This document shows positions 17,900 through 26,937 of a stretch of 50,049 nucleotides of DNA, in pieces (positions within the stretch are counted from its first letter, which is position 1; the number at the start of each line of letters is the position of its first letter). The notes under the pieces were generated by a model. It was given only the letters and a program-made list of their open reading frames with translations, was not told where the DNA came from and did not search any database. Made by a program: the position numbers and the translations under genes. The stretch comes from a virus (lineage: Duplodnaviria; Caudoviricetes): positions 1 through 50,049 of IMG/VR virus record IMGVR_UViG_3300036859_001054; one strand, given 5' to 3'.

Positions 17900-20014
17900 C
17901 TATGAAGTCGGCGCCGTCCCGGCGAACTGGAAGCCGCCGGCGGCGGGTGAACTCGACGTGCCCCTGCCCCAGCGACGGATCGAGTAGAGGATCTCGCCCA
18001 GGAGGTTGTTCGTCGGCACGAGCGCGCGCTGCAGGTCCTCTCCCACGGCCGCGATCGGGACGCTCGAGGGCCCGGCGACGACGCCCCGCACGAGCTGGCT
18101 CGATTCGATCGCGGGATTCAGGTCGGAAAAGGTCTGGCCGAGGTCGCTCTTCTTCCGGCTCATGAAGAAGCCCACGATGCCGGCGATGCCGGTTAGCAGG
18201 TTGGCGAACGCCGTCCCGCCGGCGCCCAGCGCGGAGGTGAGCGCGCTGCTGAGCTGCTTCTGAAGCTGACTCGCGAAGCTGTTGACCATGTTCGAGAAGA
18301 GGTTCTCCCCGATGGCCACCAGGGGCTTGAAGCTGTCGCCCGCGTGGAGGATCCCGTCCGCCAGGCCCTGAAAGACGCCCTCGGAGACGGGGTCGGCGAA
18401 GGCGTCCTTGAAATCAGATTTCCTGGCGAGGAGTTTCATCTCCTCTGTCTGCGTCTTCACCCGCTCCTCGGCATCCTTCCGGAGCTTCTCGTCCGTGACG
18501 GTGGCCCCTGTGATGAACGCCTCGGCCTTCTTCAGTTCGATGATCCGCTGGATCGTCTTCTCCCTGGCCTTCTCGATCTCCTCCAGGGCCGTCGTCGGTG
18601 TGATCAGCTGCTCCAGCGACTCGTGCAGCTTGTCGAGGTCCTGGAAGGCCTTGGCGTCCGCTGTCGTGAAGAGCGTTCGGGCCCGCTCGAGGAGGATGTC
18701 CCGGGTCTTGTCGAGCTTGGCCAGCTTTTCGGGTAGCTCGGTCGCACTGACGGCTCCGGGCGCCTGGCCCCTCAGCTTGGCGATCGCGGCCAGCTGCCGC
18801 TCGATCTCGACGATCTCATTCCCGAACTTGGCCTGCAGCTCGAGCTGCTCGGTCTGTTCCCTGAATTCGTCGGTGACCTTCTCGGCTGCTGTGAACGACT
18901 CCTTCAGGCGCGCGCCGGGCAGCGCGGCGGCCGCCTTCTTCCCCTCCTCGCCGACCCTCACGACGTTGCGCTGCAGCTGCAGGATCTGCTTGTCGATCGA
19001 CTCGAGCTCGACGGTCAACCGTCTGGTCTTGACCTCCGCGATCCCCGGAATGATCTGCTCGATCACGGAGAGCCCCAGCGTGGGGTCCTCGAGGGTCTTG
19101 TTGATCTCGGCCCGGCGCTTATGGAGTGTATTGATCTCCTCCTCGAATCTCACCTGCTCAGCGACGTTCCTGCGGACGATCGCGATCTGGTCCGCAAGCT
19201 TCGTGACGATCTGGATGTCCTGCTGATCCGGGAAGAGCTGCTGCAGGCGAGATCCAACCAGGCTTTCGAACGCGCGCTCGCGCTGGCCGGTCTTGAAGGC
19301 CTCGACGGCGGCCTTGGCGCTCTGCAGGATCCCGACCGTTTCCTTCCCAGCCGCGGTGGCCGCCTTGAAGGCGACGCCGAGCCCCAGGAGGGCGCCGACG
19401 GCGAGTCCGACGGGGCCAGGGAACAGGATGGCCGTAGACGCGAAGATCCCGATTCCCTTCGTGGCCACCTCGATGGCCTTCGATCCCTTGTTGCTCTCGC
19501 CGGCCAGCCCCTGCATGGCAAACTGGACGCCCACCAGGCGGTTGGTCAGACGCGCGAATCGCTCGGTGGCCCGCAGGGAGTTCCGGTCCAGGACTCCGAA
19601 GGACTGGGCGCCTTGGTTGATGGCGGTGCTGGCGCCGGCGACGGCGGCCTGATTCTGCTTCCACCGCTGCTGGAACTCCTGGGCGAGGCGCGCGTTCTGC
19701 CGGTTGATGAGCTCGAAGCGGGTCCCCAGGTTTCCGGTGGCCGCGCCGATCGCCGTCGCCGAGCTCTCCACCGCCGCACGATTGCGGTCCCACTTCGACT
19801 GGAATTCGGTGGCGAAGGCGGCGCTCTTCTTCGCGAGCGTGTCGAACGAGAGGGAGATGCCCTTGCCTGCGCGGTCGACGTTCTCGGCCGTCTGCCCGGT
19901 CTTGGTGGCGAACTTGTCGAGCGCCGCCTCTCCCGAGGCGAGGCCCTTCTCCAGACTCGCGACCTCGATCTTGAGCGCGGAGTAGATCGAGCCGACGTCG
20001 AAACCTTCAGGCAT
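17900..20014 (-). CDS. Tape measure protein
   Basis: 704 aa Ala-rich helical protein, FDVGSIYSALKI N-terminus, hydrophobic segments; follows tail chaperones. Confidence 0.9.
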   Translation of the reverse strand: MPEGFDVGSIYSALKIEVASLEKGLASGEAALDKFATKTGQTAENVDRAGKGISLSFDTLAKKSAAFATEFQSKWDRNRAAVESSATAIGAATGNLGTRFELINRQNARLAQEFQQRWKQNQAAVAGASTAINQGAQSFGVLDRNSLRATERFARLTNRLVGVQFAMQGLAGESNKGSKAIEVATKGIGIFASTAILFPGPVGLAVGALLGLGVAFKAATAAGKETVGILQSAKAAVEAFKTGQRERAFESLVGSRLQQLFPDQQDIQIVTKLADQIAIVRRNVAEQVRFEEEINTLHKRRAEINKTLEDPTLGLSVIEQIIPGIAEVKTRRLTVELESIDKQILQLQRNVVRVGEEGKKAAAALPGARLKESFTAAEKVTDEFREQTEQLELQAKFGNEIVEIERQLAAIAKLRGQAPGAVSATELPEKLAKLDKTRDILLERARTLFTTADAKAFQDLDKLHESLEQLITPTTALEEIEKAREKTIQRIIELKKAEAFITGATVTDEKLRKDAEERVKTQTEEMKLLARKSDFKDAFADPVSEGVFQGLADGILHAGDSFKPLVAIGENLFSNMVNSFASQLQKQLSSALTSALGAGGTAFANLLTGIAGIVGFFMSRKKSDLGQTFSDLNPAIESSQLVRGVVAGPSSVPIAAVGEDLQRALVPTNNLLGEILYSIRRWGRGTSSSPAAGGFQFAGTAPTS

Positions 20015-20016
20015 AT

Positions 20017-20046
20017 TTCACTTTTCAGACAACTTCGGGATATACT
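20017..20046 (+). promoter_or_regulatory. Promoter TTCACT-N18-TATACT for the moron gene
   Basis: AT-rich patch; AGGAGG at 20058-20063. Confidence 0.6.
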
Positions 20047-20069
20047 TTCCACCCATTAGGAGGTCCGAT

Positions 20070-20396
20070 ATGGGCAAGAGTGTTTTTGCGGGGTTCGTGG
20101 GCGCGGCCGCCATGTTCATCGCGATGAGCGTCATGGGGGCCACTCATCAGAGTGGGAGCTCCTCGGTCGAGAAGAAGCTTGACCAGCTCCGCGCGGTGAT
20201 GATCATGAGCCATCACAAGGAGATCCAGGCGTTCCTCAAACCCATGGCCGGCCCTGAGAAGCCCAGCAAGGAGCTGGTGGCCGCGATGGTCCCTTTCTAT
20301 GGGGCGATCGAGGATCTCGGGAAGGACGACGAAGGGGCCGCCATGTACTACGTGATGATGGGCAAGACTCCCCCCGAGAAGGCAAAGGGCAAGTAG
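20070..20396 (+). CDS. Moron: small membrane-anchored or exported protein
   Basis: Opposite strand to the late operon; own promoter and RBS; N-terminal hydrophobic helix. Confidence 0.8.
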   Translation: MGKSVFAGFVGAAAMFIAMSVMGATHQSGSSSVEKKLDQLRAVMIMSHHKEIQAFLKPMAGPEKPSKELVAAMVPFYGAIEDLGKDDEGAAMYYVMMGKTPPEKAKGK

Positions 20397-20407
20397 GGCT
20401 CGGATCA

Positions 20408-20737
20408 TCAATCCTCCACTCCGAAAGCCTCCAAGAACCGCTGAGGCGCTCTCCCCTGCCACACCTCGCCGCGTGCCGCCAGCTGCGCCTCCTCGACCTT
20501 CCGCCGCACCTGGGAGATCCACTCCCCGAGCTTCCGCGGCCCGTCCTGGGAGAAGAGCGCGGAGATCGTCGAGAACTGGCGCTCGTCGCGGGTCACCTCG
20601 ATCTCCTCGGCGACCCGGACCATCAGGTTGATGAGGTCCTGACTCCACACCCCGTCCCACGCGAGGAGCTCCTCCATGGTGGCCAGGCCCGTCCGGCAGA
20701 GGAGCCCCAGCTGCGTTTCTAGGGGGTACCGTTTCCC
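20408..20737 (-). CDS. Tail assembly chaperone, -1 frameshift extension (gpGT-like)
   Basis: Open -1 frame GKRYPLETQ... beginning at slippery G GGA AAC (20731-20737). Confidence 0.75.
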   Translation of the reverse strand, partial: GKRYPLETQLGLLCRTGLATMEELLAWDGVWSQDLINLMVRVAEEIEVTRDERQFSTISALFSQDGPRKLGEWISQVRRKVEEAQLAARGEVWQGRAPQRFLEAFGVED

Positions 20738-21084
20738 GGCTCCTGCTGATCCCTCGTCAGGTGACCCCAGCCCCTGGCGAGGGCGAGCAGGTTTTTTGCC
20801 TTGTGGGCGCTCATGTTGAGATCGACGGAGACCGCCGCGATCTCGAGGACGTCCTCCATCGGCAAGGCGTCCACCATGTCCCGGTCCTCGGGACGCACGG
20901 ACTCCCGCGCGATGAAAGGGATCTTGTCGGGATCGCCGGCGACCCGGCACATCTCCCAGAGCTTCCGCCAGCTCCACTTCTCGATCGCCACCGTCTTCCC
21001 GTTGGAGAGTGTGACCGTCCGCAGGCGCTCGGTGAGCGCCGGCGGGGCCGTCTCCAGGGGATCCCGAACCGCCTCGTCTGCCAC
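20719..21084 (-). CDS. Tail assembly chaperone (gpG-like)
   Basis: Between tail tube and tape measure; GGAGG RBS. Confidence 0.8.
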   Translation of the reverse strand: MADEAVRDPLETAPPALTERLRTVTLSNGKTVAIEKWSWRKLWEMCRVAGDPDKIPFIARESVRPEDRDMVDALPMEDVLEIAAVSVDLNMSAHKAKNLLALARGWGHLTRDQQEPGNGTP

Positions 21085-21117
21085 GTTCGCCTCCCTGGGT
21101 TAGTAGTCCGTCCGTCT

Positions 21118-21918
21118 CTAGAAGGTCTGCGCCTCCTTCAGGCGATGGAATTTCGGCATCTTCCCGTCCTCGTCGGCGAGGACCTCCATCGTGAGGGGGA
21201 ACTCCTGCCACGTCGCGCCCTCGCCGAAGTTGATGTCGCCGTTCACCGTGACGACGACGTTCTTCGCGTGCAGCTGAAAGCGCTCGCCGCCCTTGCCCAG
21301 GAGCTGGAACTTCGCCTCGCCCTTGATCTCCTGGCCGTCGTGCATCTCGAAGCTCTGCGTGATGACCGACTTCTCCCAGGCGATGTGGACGCGTGGGACG
21401 GTGACCGCGTTGGCCAGCAGACCGGGGCCAACCGAGATCGTGATCACGCCCGTCGGCAGGTCGACGGTGTAGTCGGCGGGGGAGGCGTAGAGGACCGGGA
21501 GCTCGAGGCCCTCGGACCGGACGACGACGGCCGCGAGGGCCGTCGCACCGATGTTGATGGTGCCCGGGTTGCCCGGGTTCTTCACGACCTTCGAGTCGTG
21601 GACGGTCGCGTTGTCGTCGGCCTCGGCCACGGATCCGCCCATGGCCAGCCGGACGTTCTCCATGTTGAGCTCGTCGCCGCGGAAGCTGACGCGCATCGAG
21701 CGCTCGGTGACAAGCGACCGGTCCTTGATGCGCTCGCCGCGGCGGTTCGAGAAGTGGTCGAGCCGCTCGACCTCCTGGGAGACGTTCGGCTCCAGGACGT
21801 GGCCGAGATCGATCCAGTCGGCGGGCGTCAGCAGCCCTTCCTTCCGGAAGAAGATGCTCACCCGTCCGGGGACCAGGGTGTTGCGGGGGTCGGCCCCGCG
21901 GATGTTCACGTTCGACAT
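21118..21918 (-). CDS. Major tail tube protein
   Basis: WIDLGHV...ERLDHFSNRRGERIKD...DELNMENVRLA pattern; position. Confidence 0.85.
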   Translation of the reverse strand: MSNVNIRGADPRNTLVPGRVSIFFRKEGLLTPADWIDLGHVLEPNVSQEVERLDHFSNRRGERIKDRSLVTERSMRVSFRGDELNMENVRLAMGGSVAEADDNATVHDSKVVKNPGNPGTINIGATALAAVVVRSEGLELPVLYASPADYTVDLPTGVITISVGPGLLANAVTVPRVHIAWEKSVITQSFEMHDGQEIKGEAKFQLLGKGGERFQLHAKNVVVTVNGDINFGEGATWQEFPLTMEVLADEDGKMPKFHRLKEAQTF

Positions 21919-21936
21919 GTCATTCCTCCTTGGGTT

Positions 21937-22443
21937 TTACTTGGGCATCGGGACCGCGAAGAACCGCATCGTCGAGGAGACAAGGACCTGGTCGTTCTCT
22001 TGGCGGCCGATGACGGCCGGCGCCGCGGTGATGAGGGCGCGCTTGATCAAGAAGCCGCCCGCCTCGAGGCCGGCGAAGTCGCCCTCGATGAAGGTCACCA
22101 GCTCCTCGAGCAGCTTCTTCGTGTCCTCGTTGGCGTCGGGCAGCCGCATGACGATCTCGATCGGGAACTCGTGCCGGCCGCCGGAACTCACGGACGAGAT
22201 CGCCTTCGGGCCCGTCGCGGTGTAGAGGACGATGGCGGGCTCGACCGCCTGATCGAACGGCGGGTTCAGGCCGGCCGACGTGGCCTCGATATCCTTCGTC
22301 GACGGCAGGTCCTGCACGAAGAGATGGCGGCCGGGGACGAGGGGGATGTTCCTCAGCGTCGGTCCGGAGAAGCGGAACCGCGCCGCGATCGCCTCGGCGA
22401 CGGCGCCTTCGAACCCGATGAGGAGGACCTGGCGATCAGCCAT
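21937..22443 (-). CDS. Tail terminator / completion protein
   Basis: Position and size. Confidence 0.65.
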   Translation of the reverse strand: MADRQVLLIGFEGAVAEAIAARFRFSGPTLRNIPLVPGRHLFVQDLPSTKDIEATSAGLNPPFDQAVEPAIVLYTATGPKAISSVSSGGRHEFPIEIVMRLPDANEDTKKLLEELVTFIEGDFAGLEAGGFLIKRALITAAPAVIGRQENDQVLVSSTMRFFAVPMPK

Positions 22444-23056
22444 TGGACCCTCCCGCCGCGTTGAGGTCCTTCTGGATCTCCCGCCCCACGACCTCGGTGG
22501 CCTTGGGCGCGTTCTGGGTGACCACGCGCGAGAAGTACCCGGACCCCTTCTGGTTGACCTCCGGTACCAGGAGCCAGTGGAAGTCGGCGAATCGACGCTC
22601 CCCGCTCTTGCGGGCGACCTTCTTCACCAGGAAGACCTTACCGGCGAGGACGACGAGCTGGAGATCCGGCTCCTCGCGCGGGCTCTTGTACCGGGGCACG
22701 CCGCGGCCCGTCAGGATGGGTCCGAGCGGGATCGCGAGCATCCGGCCCTTCTTGGGCTTGATCGTGCCTCCCTGGTCGACCTGGGCGCCGTATTCCTTGT
22801 TGAAGCCGAAGGGCAGCTCGAGGCCGTCGTTCGTCGCTTGGACGTCGCCGACCGTCCCCGAGGCCTTCAGGTCTCCGCTGCGCGTCTGGTTCTCGAGGTT
22901 CTCCTGGGCCTGGGAGACGAGATCCTCGGCGAAGAGGACCATGCCCCGCGTGGCGGCCTTGAGCGTGACCTGGCCCGCCTCGCGCAGGCGCCCCTTCGCC
23001 TGGTCGACGCCGGCCCTGATGCGGCCGTGGTCCAGCGTGATGAATGGGGCGGACAT
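22436..23056 (-). CDS. Neck / tail-completion protein (HK97 gp10 / Mu G-like)
   Basis: RSGDLKAS, YGAQVDQGGTIKPKKGRMLAIP; TAATG overlap. Confidence 0.75.
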   Translation of the reverse strand: MSAPFITLDHGRIRAGVDQAKGRLREAGQVTLKAATRGMVLFAEDLVSQAQENLENQTRSGDLKASGTVGDVQATNDGLELPFGFNKEYGAQVDQGGTIKPKKGRMLAIPLGPILTGRGVPRYKSPREEPDLQLVVLAGKVFLVKKVARKSGERRFADFHWLLVPEVNQKGSGYFSRVVTQNAPKATEVVGREIQKDLNAAGGSNG

Positions 23057-23451
23057 TACGGCGCCCCCCCGTCGTAGGTGTGCTTGTCGAGCGGGAGCTT
23101 GATCTCGGTCCGCTGCAGGTCGGCGCGGCCGTACTTGGCCCCGCCGGCGAGCATCTGCTGCTCCTCGAGGCTGATCACCTTCCACGTGCGGCCGTCCTTC
23201 ATGACCACGAAGTCCTCCAGGAGGACCTCCGGCTTGCCCGTGACGCGGTAGACCATCTGCGCGTCGCCCCGGGTCTCGACCCCGCGGGAGTCGATCACGC
23301 GCCGGCCGCGCGCCTCGATCTTGCACCGGAGCGGCACCTGGCATTCGACCTCGTCGAGGACCTCGGCGAGCTGGACCTTGCCGGAGACCTCGCGGGTGCC
23401 GGGCTTCGGCCGCCGCAGGGTCACCGTCTCCGTCATGAGCGCGTCGAGCAT
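23056..23451 (-). CDS. Head closure protein
   Basis: Position; TVTLRR...DGRTWKVISLE pattern. Confidence 0.65.
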   Translation of the reverse strand: MLDALMTETVTLRRPKPGTREVSGKVQLAEVLDEVECQVPLRCKIEARGRRVIDSRGVETRGDAQMVYRVTGKPEVLLEDFVVMKDGRTWKVISLEEQQMLAGGAKYGRADLQRTEIKLPLDKHTYDGGAP

Positions 23452-23455
23452 GGAT

Positions 23456-23995
23456 CTATCCGAAGAGTGAAGTTCCTTCCGGATCATCGGAGCCGTCGTA
23501 TTCGTGCTGGCCCAGGACGGGCGCGTTGTAGGTGGCGTAGAGCAGGTCGAGCTCCTGCCGCGCCGGCGCGGGGATCTGCGAGCGGTCCATGGGGGACGTG
23601 GCGAAGTCGGTCAAGGTCATCGACTGCCCCAGGACCGACATCGACGACACGCCCTCGGCCTGCAGCTTCTTGAGGGACTCGAGCGTCCCATCCAGGATGT
23701 AGTCGACGATCTCGAGGACCGCGACCTTGACCGACTCGGGGATCTCGGCCAGCAGCTCCTTCGACGTGGGGAAGGCGAGCCGCTGGGTGGGCACCATCCT
23801 CGGCGGCCAGAGCTTGTACCGGTCGACCAGCCGCGTCGCCCGCAGGAGCAGGCGCGCGCGGTCATCGGCGTCCTTGAGCTCGTCCCACTTGTCGGAGTTG
23901 GTGAACTCGCTCATGCGCTCGTCCGCCTCCTCGATCGTGAGATACGAATTGGCGGCCGCGCCGCTCACTTCCGCGTTGATCTCTGGCGTAGGCAT
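23456..23995 (-). CDS. Head-tail adaptor
   Basis: ANSYLTIEEAD, LLRATRLVD, QRLAFP, IPESVKVA motifs; follows capsid. Confidence 0.85.
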   Translation of the reverse strand: MPTPEINAEVSGAAANSYLTIEEADERMSEFTNSDKWDELKDADDRARLLLRATRLVDRYKLWPPRMVPTQRLAFPTSKELLAEIPESVKVAVLEIVDYILDGTLESLKKLQAEGVSSMSVLGQSMTLTDFATSPMDRSQIPAPARQELDLLYATYNAPVLGQHEYDGSDDPEGTSLFG

Positions 23996-24014
23996 TGAGT
24001 CCCTCAGCGCTGAC

Positions 24015-24042
24015 GGCAGGGGGCCCTCTCGAGCCCCCTGCC
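24015..24042 (-). terminator. GC hairpin after the capsid gene (attenuator or stabiliser)
   Basis: 10-bp stem GGCAGGGGGC/GCCCCCTGCC; no U-tract. Confidence 0.5.
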
Positions 24043-24071
24043 TATGCGCTTATCTGCTCAGCAGTCCCGCC

Positions 24072-25085
24072 TTACGGCAGGACCGTGGCGGCGACGATGG
24101 CGTTCGGGACGTACAGCACCGGGAGCCGGACCTCTCCGTACCGCTGGATGATCCGGGGCGGATTGTCGTCGATCTTCGACCAGGCGAAGCGGCCGAAGAC
24201 TTCCTTCAGCGGGAGCTGGCCCGTCTCCCCCGGCGCGACGTAGGATCCCTTGACGAACTCGTACCACTCGGAATCCACGGCCGGGTAGAAGACGACCTTC
24301 TTCGTGTCGATGAACCGCTTGAGCGTCACCCCGTCGTCGTCGAGGTAGCTCTTGTCGTCGATGATCCAGGTCAGGCCCTCGAGCTTCTCGATGCGGCCGG
24401 TCTGCAGCATCTGGACTCCGGCGTTGGTCCCCTTCCAGAAGTCCCTCAAGCCGGTGTTCAGCTTGAGCTTGGCGAGGACCTCGGGGGAGGTGACCGCGAA
24501 CATGGCGTCGAAGCCGGACTCCTCGCCGATCAGCGTCTTGTAGGTCTGGATGGTCGAGCTGATGTCCGTGGCGGGGTTGTCCCAGTTCGCCGGCGTCGGC
24601 TTGTGGGAGGCCGCCAGGCCGTAGTCGATGACGTGCGAGAACAGCTTGTTGCCGTTCTGCACCTTGATCGTGGTGGTGCCCTGGAGGCAGCCCGCGATCA
24701 TCAGCTCGTCCTCGCGGTCGAGCTCGAAGGCGTTCGCCTTCGTGGTGCGGCCGACCTCGTCCTCGGCGATCCGCTGGAGCTGCTCGGTGCCGGGGTTGCG
24801 GAGGTTGCGGAGGGCCGTGGCCTTGATCGACTTCTCCGCGAAGGTCGTCGCCATGACGGCGTTCTTGACGCCGTAGACCTCGAGGTCTCGGGGGGTGGCG
24901 GATCCGGTGCGGGTGTTGAAGGGGCCGACTTTCCCGGACCGCTTCTTGATGTCCCACTGGAAGGTGTCCCCCTGGACCGTCTGTCCGGCCATGAAGCCGG
25001 AGTTGATCAGGGGGAGATTGGGATCGCGGAAGTCGGTGATCATCTTGGTCACCGATTCCTGCCTCAGAATTTCGGGTTCCTGCAT
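24072..25085 (-). CDS. Major capsid protein (lambda gpE-like)
   Basis: 337 aa; ends LPVLYVPNAIVAATVL; follows decoration gene. Confidence 0.9.
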   Translation of the reverse strand: MQEPEILRQESVTKMITDFRDPNLPLINSGFMAGQTVQGDTFQWDIKKRSGKVGPFNTRTGSATPRDLEVYGVKNAVMATTFAEKSIKATALRNLRNPGTEQLQRIAEDEVGRTTKANAFELDREDELMIAGCLQGTTTIKVQNGNKLFSHVIDYGLAASHKPTPANWDNPATDISSTIQTYKTLIGEESGFDAMFAVTSPEVLAKLKLNTGLRDFWKGTNAGVQMLQTGRIEKLEGLTWIIDDKSYLDDDGVTLKRFIDTKKVVFYPAVDSEWYEFVKGSYVAPGETGQLPLKEVFGRFAWSKIDDNPPRIIQRYGEVRLPVLYVPNAIVAATVLP

Positions 25086-25167
25086 CGCGGTCTTCTCCTC
25101 TCTTCAGAGCCAGGTCGATTTCAGTAAAAGGCCAATACGTCAGTCGCCTGCCGATCCTCCTCCGGGT

Positions 25168-25623
25168 CTAGCCCTGGAAGTGGACCAGCTTGAGCACGCT
25201 GCGGATCTTGACCTTGTAGGGCGCCGCCGTGCCCGCTCCGTAGAGGAGCTTCGAGTCGTCCACGACGCCGTGGATGAGGCCGTCCGCCTGCTGGTCCTTG
25301 ACGACGCCGGCGCGGTCCTTCATCTCGACGAAGTCGTTCAGGATGCACGCCTCGATGACCGCCGCCTCGAGGGGCGCGGCCGCGTGCTCGGGGTTGACCC
25401 ACTTGAACTGGTCCGCGCCGCCCGCCTCGATCCGGACGAGCGTGAGCCCGGGCCGCAGCTCGGTCGTGTTGCCGGCGTTCTGGTTGTCGACCGTGTCCTT
25501 GTGAATCACGATCGGGATCAGGGCCTGGTGGTCCTCGATCGACTTGTACCGCCGCTGCTTCATCGTGACTTCGGCCGAAACGCCGGGCAGCAGGTTACCG
25601 CCCAATTCATCTCTGAAACCCAT
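25168..25623 (-). CDS. Head decoration protein
   Basis: TTELRPGLTL...CIL motif; between scaffold and capsid. Confidence 0.7.
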   Translation of the reverse strand: MGFRDELGGNLLPGVSAEVTMKQRRYKSIEDHQALIPIVIHKDTVDNQNAGNTTELRPGLTLVRIEAGGADQFKWVNPEHAAAPLEAAVIEACILNDFVEMKDRAGVVKDQQADGLIHGVVDDSKLLYGAGTAAPYKVKIRSVLKLVHFQG

Positions 25624-25704
25624 CGCTTATCTCCCTTCTTCGGTTCTCTGTTTCAGTCCTCGGACCTTTGCGATCGCCCTCCGTTAGTCCGCGTTGCCCC
25701 GCGG

Positions 25705-26937
25705 TTACTTCCCCGCGCCGGCTGCGGTCGGCTGCAGCCGCTTCATGACTTCGGTGGCCTTCGCCTCGGCCGCCTTCGACTCGGCCGAATCGGGCGCGGG
25801 GGCGCCGAGCGTCGAGAGGGCGGTGCCCATGAACGACTTCAGGCTGGTGAAGACCTTCTTCAGGGTCTCCACCGGGTTGATCGCCTTCGCCGAGGGCTTC
25901 CCGTCGGCGGACAGCGCCAGGGCCTGGACCTGGCCGTTGATGGCGAACAGGTCCTCGATGTCGGCGAGCATCGCCGGGGGCACCTGGCCGTTCTTCACGA
26001 GCTCGGCCGCGATGGCCTTCGCCTGCGCGATGTGGGCCTTCTGGTTGCCCTCCATGATCGTGGCGAGCGCCTGCCCCTGGGTGGACAGCTGCTGCCCCTG
26101 GTTCGCGAGCGCCGTCTTCAGGGCGACGACGTCGGGCGCGTCCGTCGGCTTGATGGTCGTGTCGAGCGGCGCCGGCGCCGCGAGCTTCACGACCTTGCCG
26201 TCCTTCAGCTCGAAGCCGTTCAGCTTGAGCTCGGTGGCCAGCGCGACTTCCTGCTGCGCCGCGGCGCTCAGCTTCGTGGCCGCCTGGCCGGCCTTCTCGG
26301 CCGCTTCCATGATCTTGTCGGCGGGAGTGTCCTCGGGGAGCCCGAGGGCCTTCGCCAGCTTCTTCAGGTCCATGTGACCCTCCGTTCGATGCCTATTTCC
26401 CTCGGGCGACGTGCCCGCGAGTTCCGTGGGGATGAAGAGGTCCGCGTCGGTGCCGTCGGCCGACAACTTCAGGAAGTCCAGCTGGCCGTCGGTCACCGGT
26501 ACCGGCGTGGCGCAAATGTGGGTGATGACCTCGTCGTACACCTCGCCCTGCTGATCCATCCGGTTGAACTCGATCATGGGCGAGACGGACCGGATGGTTC
26601 CGTTCTCGAGCTTCTCCGCGATGCCGGCGGCCGTCGGCTGCACGAAGTGCCAGAGCCGGTCGCCGATCACGGTGAGGTTCCCGTTCCACCAGCCGAGATT
26701 CTTCTCGGCCGCCAGGGTATGGCCGTCGGGGAAGGGCAGGCTCTGGCGGTCCTGCCGCGTCTGAAACTTGTTGGTGTTGCGGGCGAGCCGGAGCAGGCGG
26801 GCCCGGTCGATGGGGACCACCTGGCCCGTCTTCGGATCCACCCATTCCCCGACGTGGAGGATGTCCTTGGCGAACCTCCCCATGCCTTGGGACTGGTAGG
26901 CCTCGCCCTGGTAGAAGAAGAGCGCGGGCTTTTTCAT
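25705..26937 (-). CDS. Prohead protease / scaffold (Mu gpI/Z-like)
   Basis: DGH...GW, IRSVSP, VITHICATPVP; internal start MDLKKLAKALGL at 26373 with GGAGG. Confidence 0.85.
   Translation of the reverse strand: MKKPALFFYQGEAYQSQGMGRFAKDILHVGEWVDPKTGQVVPIDRARLLRLARNTNKFQTRQDRQSLPFPDGHTLAAEKNLGWWNGNLTVIGDRLWHFVQPTAAGIAEKLENGTIRSVSPMIEFNRMDQQGEVYDEVITHICATPVPVTDGQLDFLKLSADGTDADLFIPTELAGTSPEGNRHRTEGHMDLKKLAKALGLPEDTPADKIMEAAEKAGQAATKLSAAAQQEVALATELKLNGFELKDGKVVKLAAPAPLDTTIKPTDAPDVVALKTALANQGQQLSTQGQALATIMEGNQKAHIAQAKAIAAELVKNGQVPPAMLADIEDLFAINGQVQALALSADGKPSAKAINPVETLKKVFTSLKSFMGTALSTLGAPAPDSAESKAAEAKATEVMKRLQPTAAGAGK

Noticed and set aside
25121-25402. Frameshift extension of the decoration protein
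   Set aside because: No convincing slippery site; would add only a few residues
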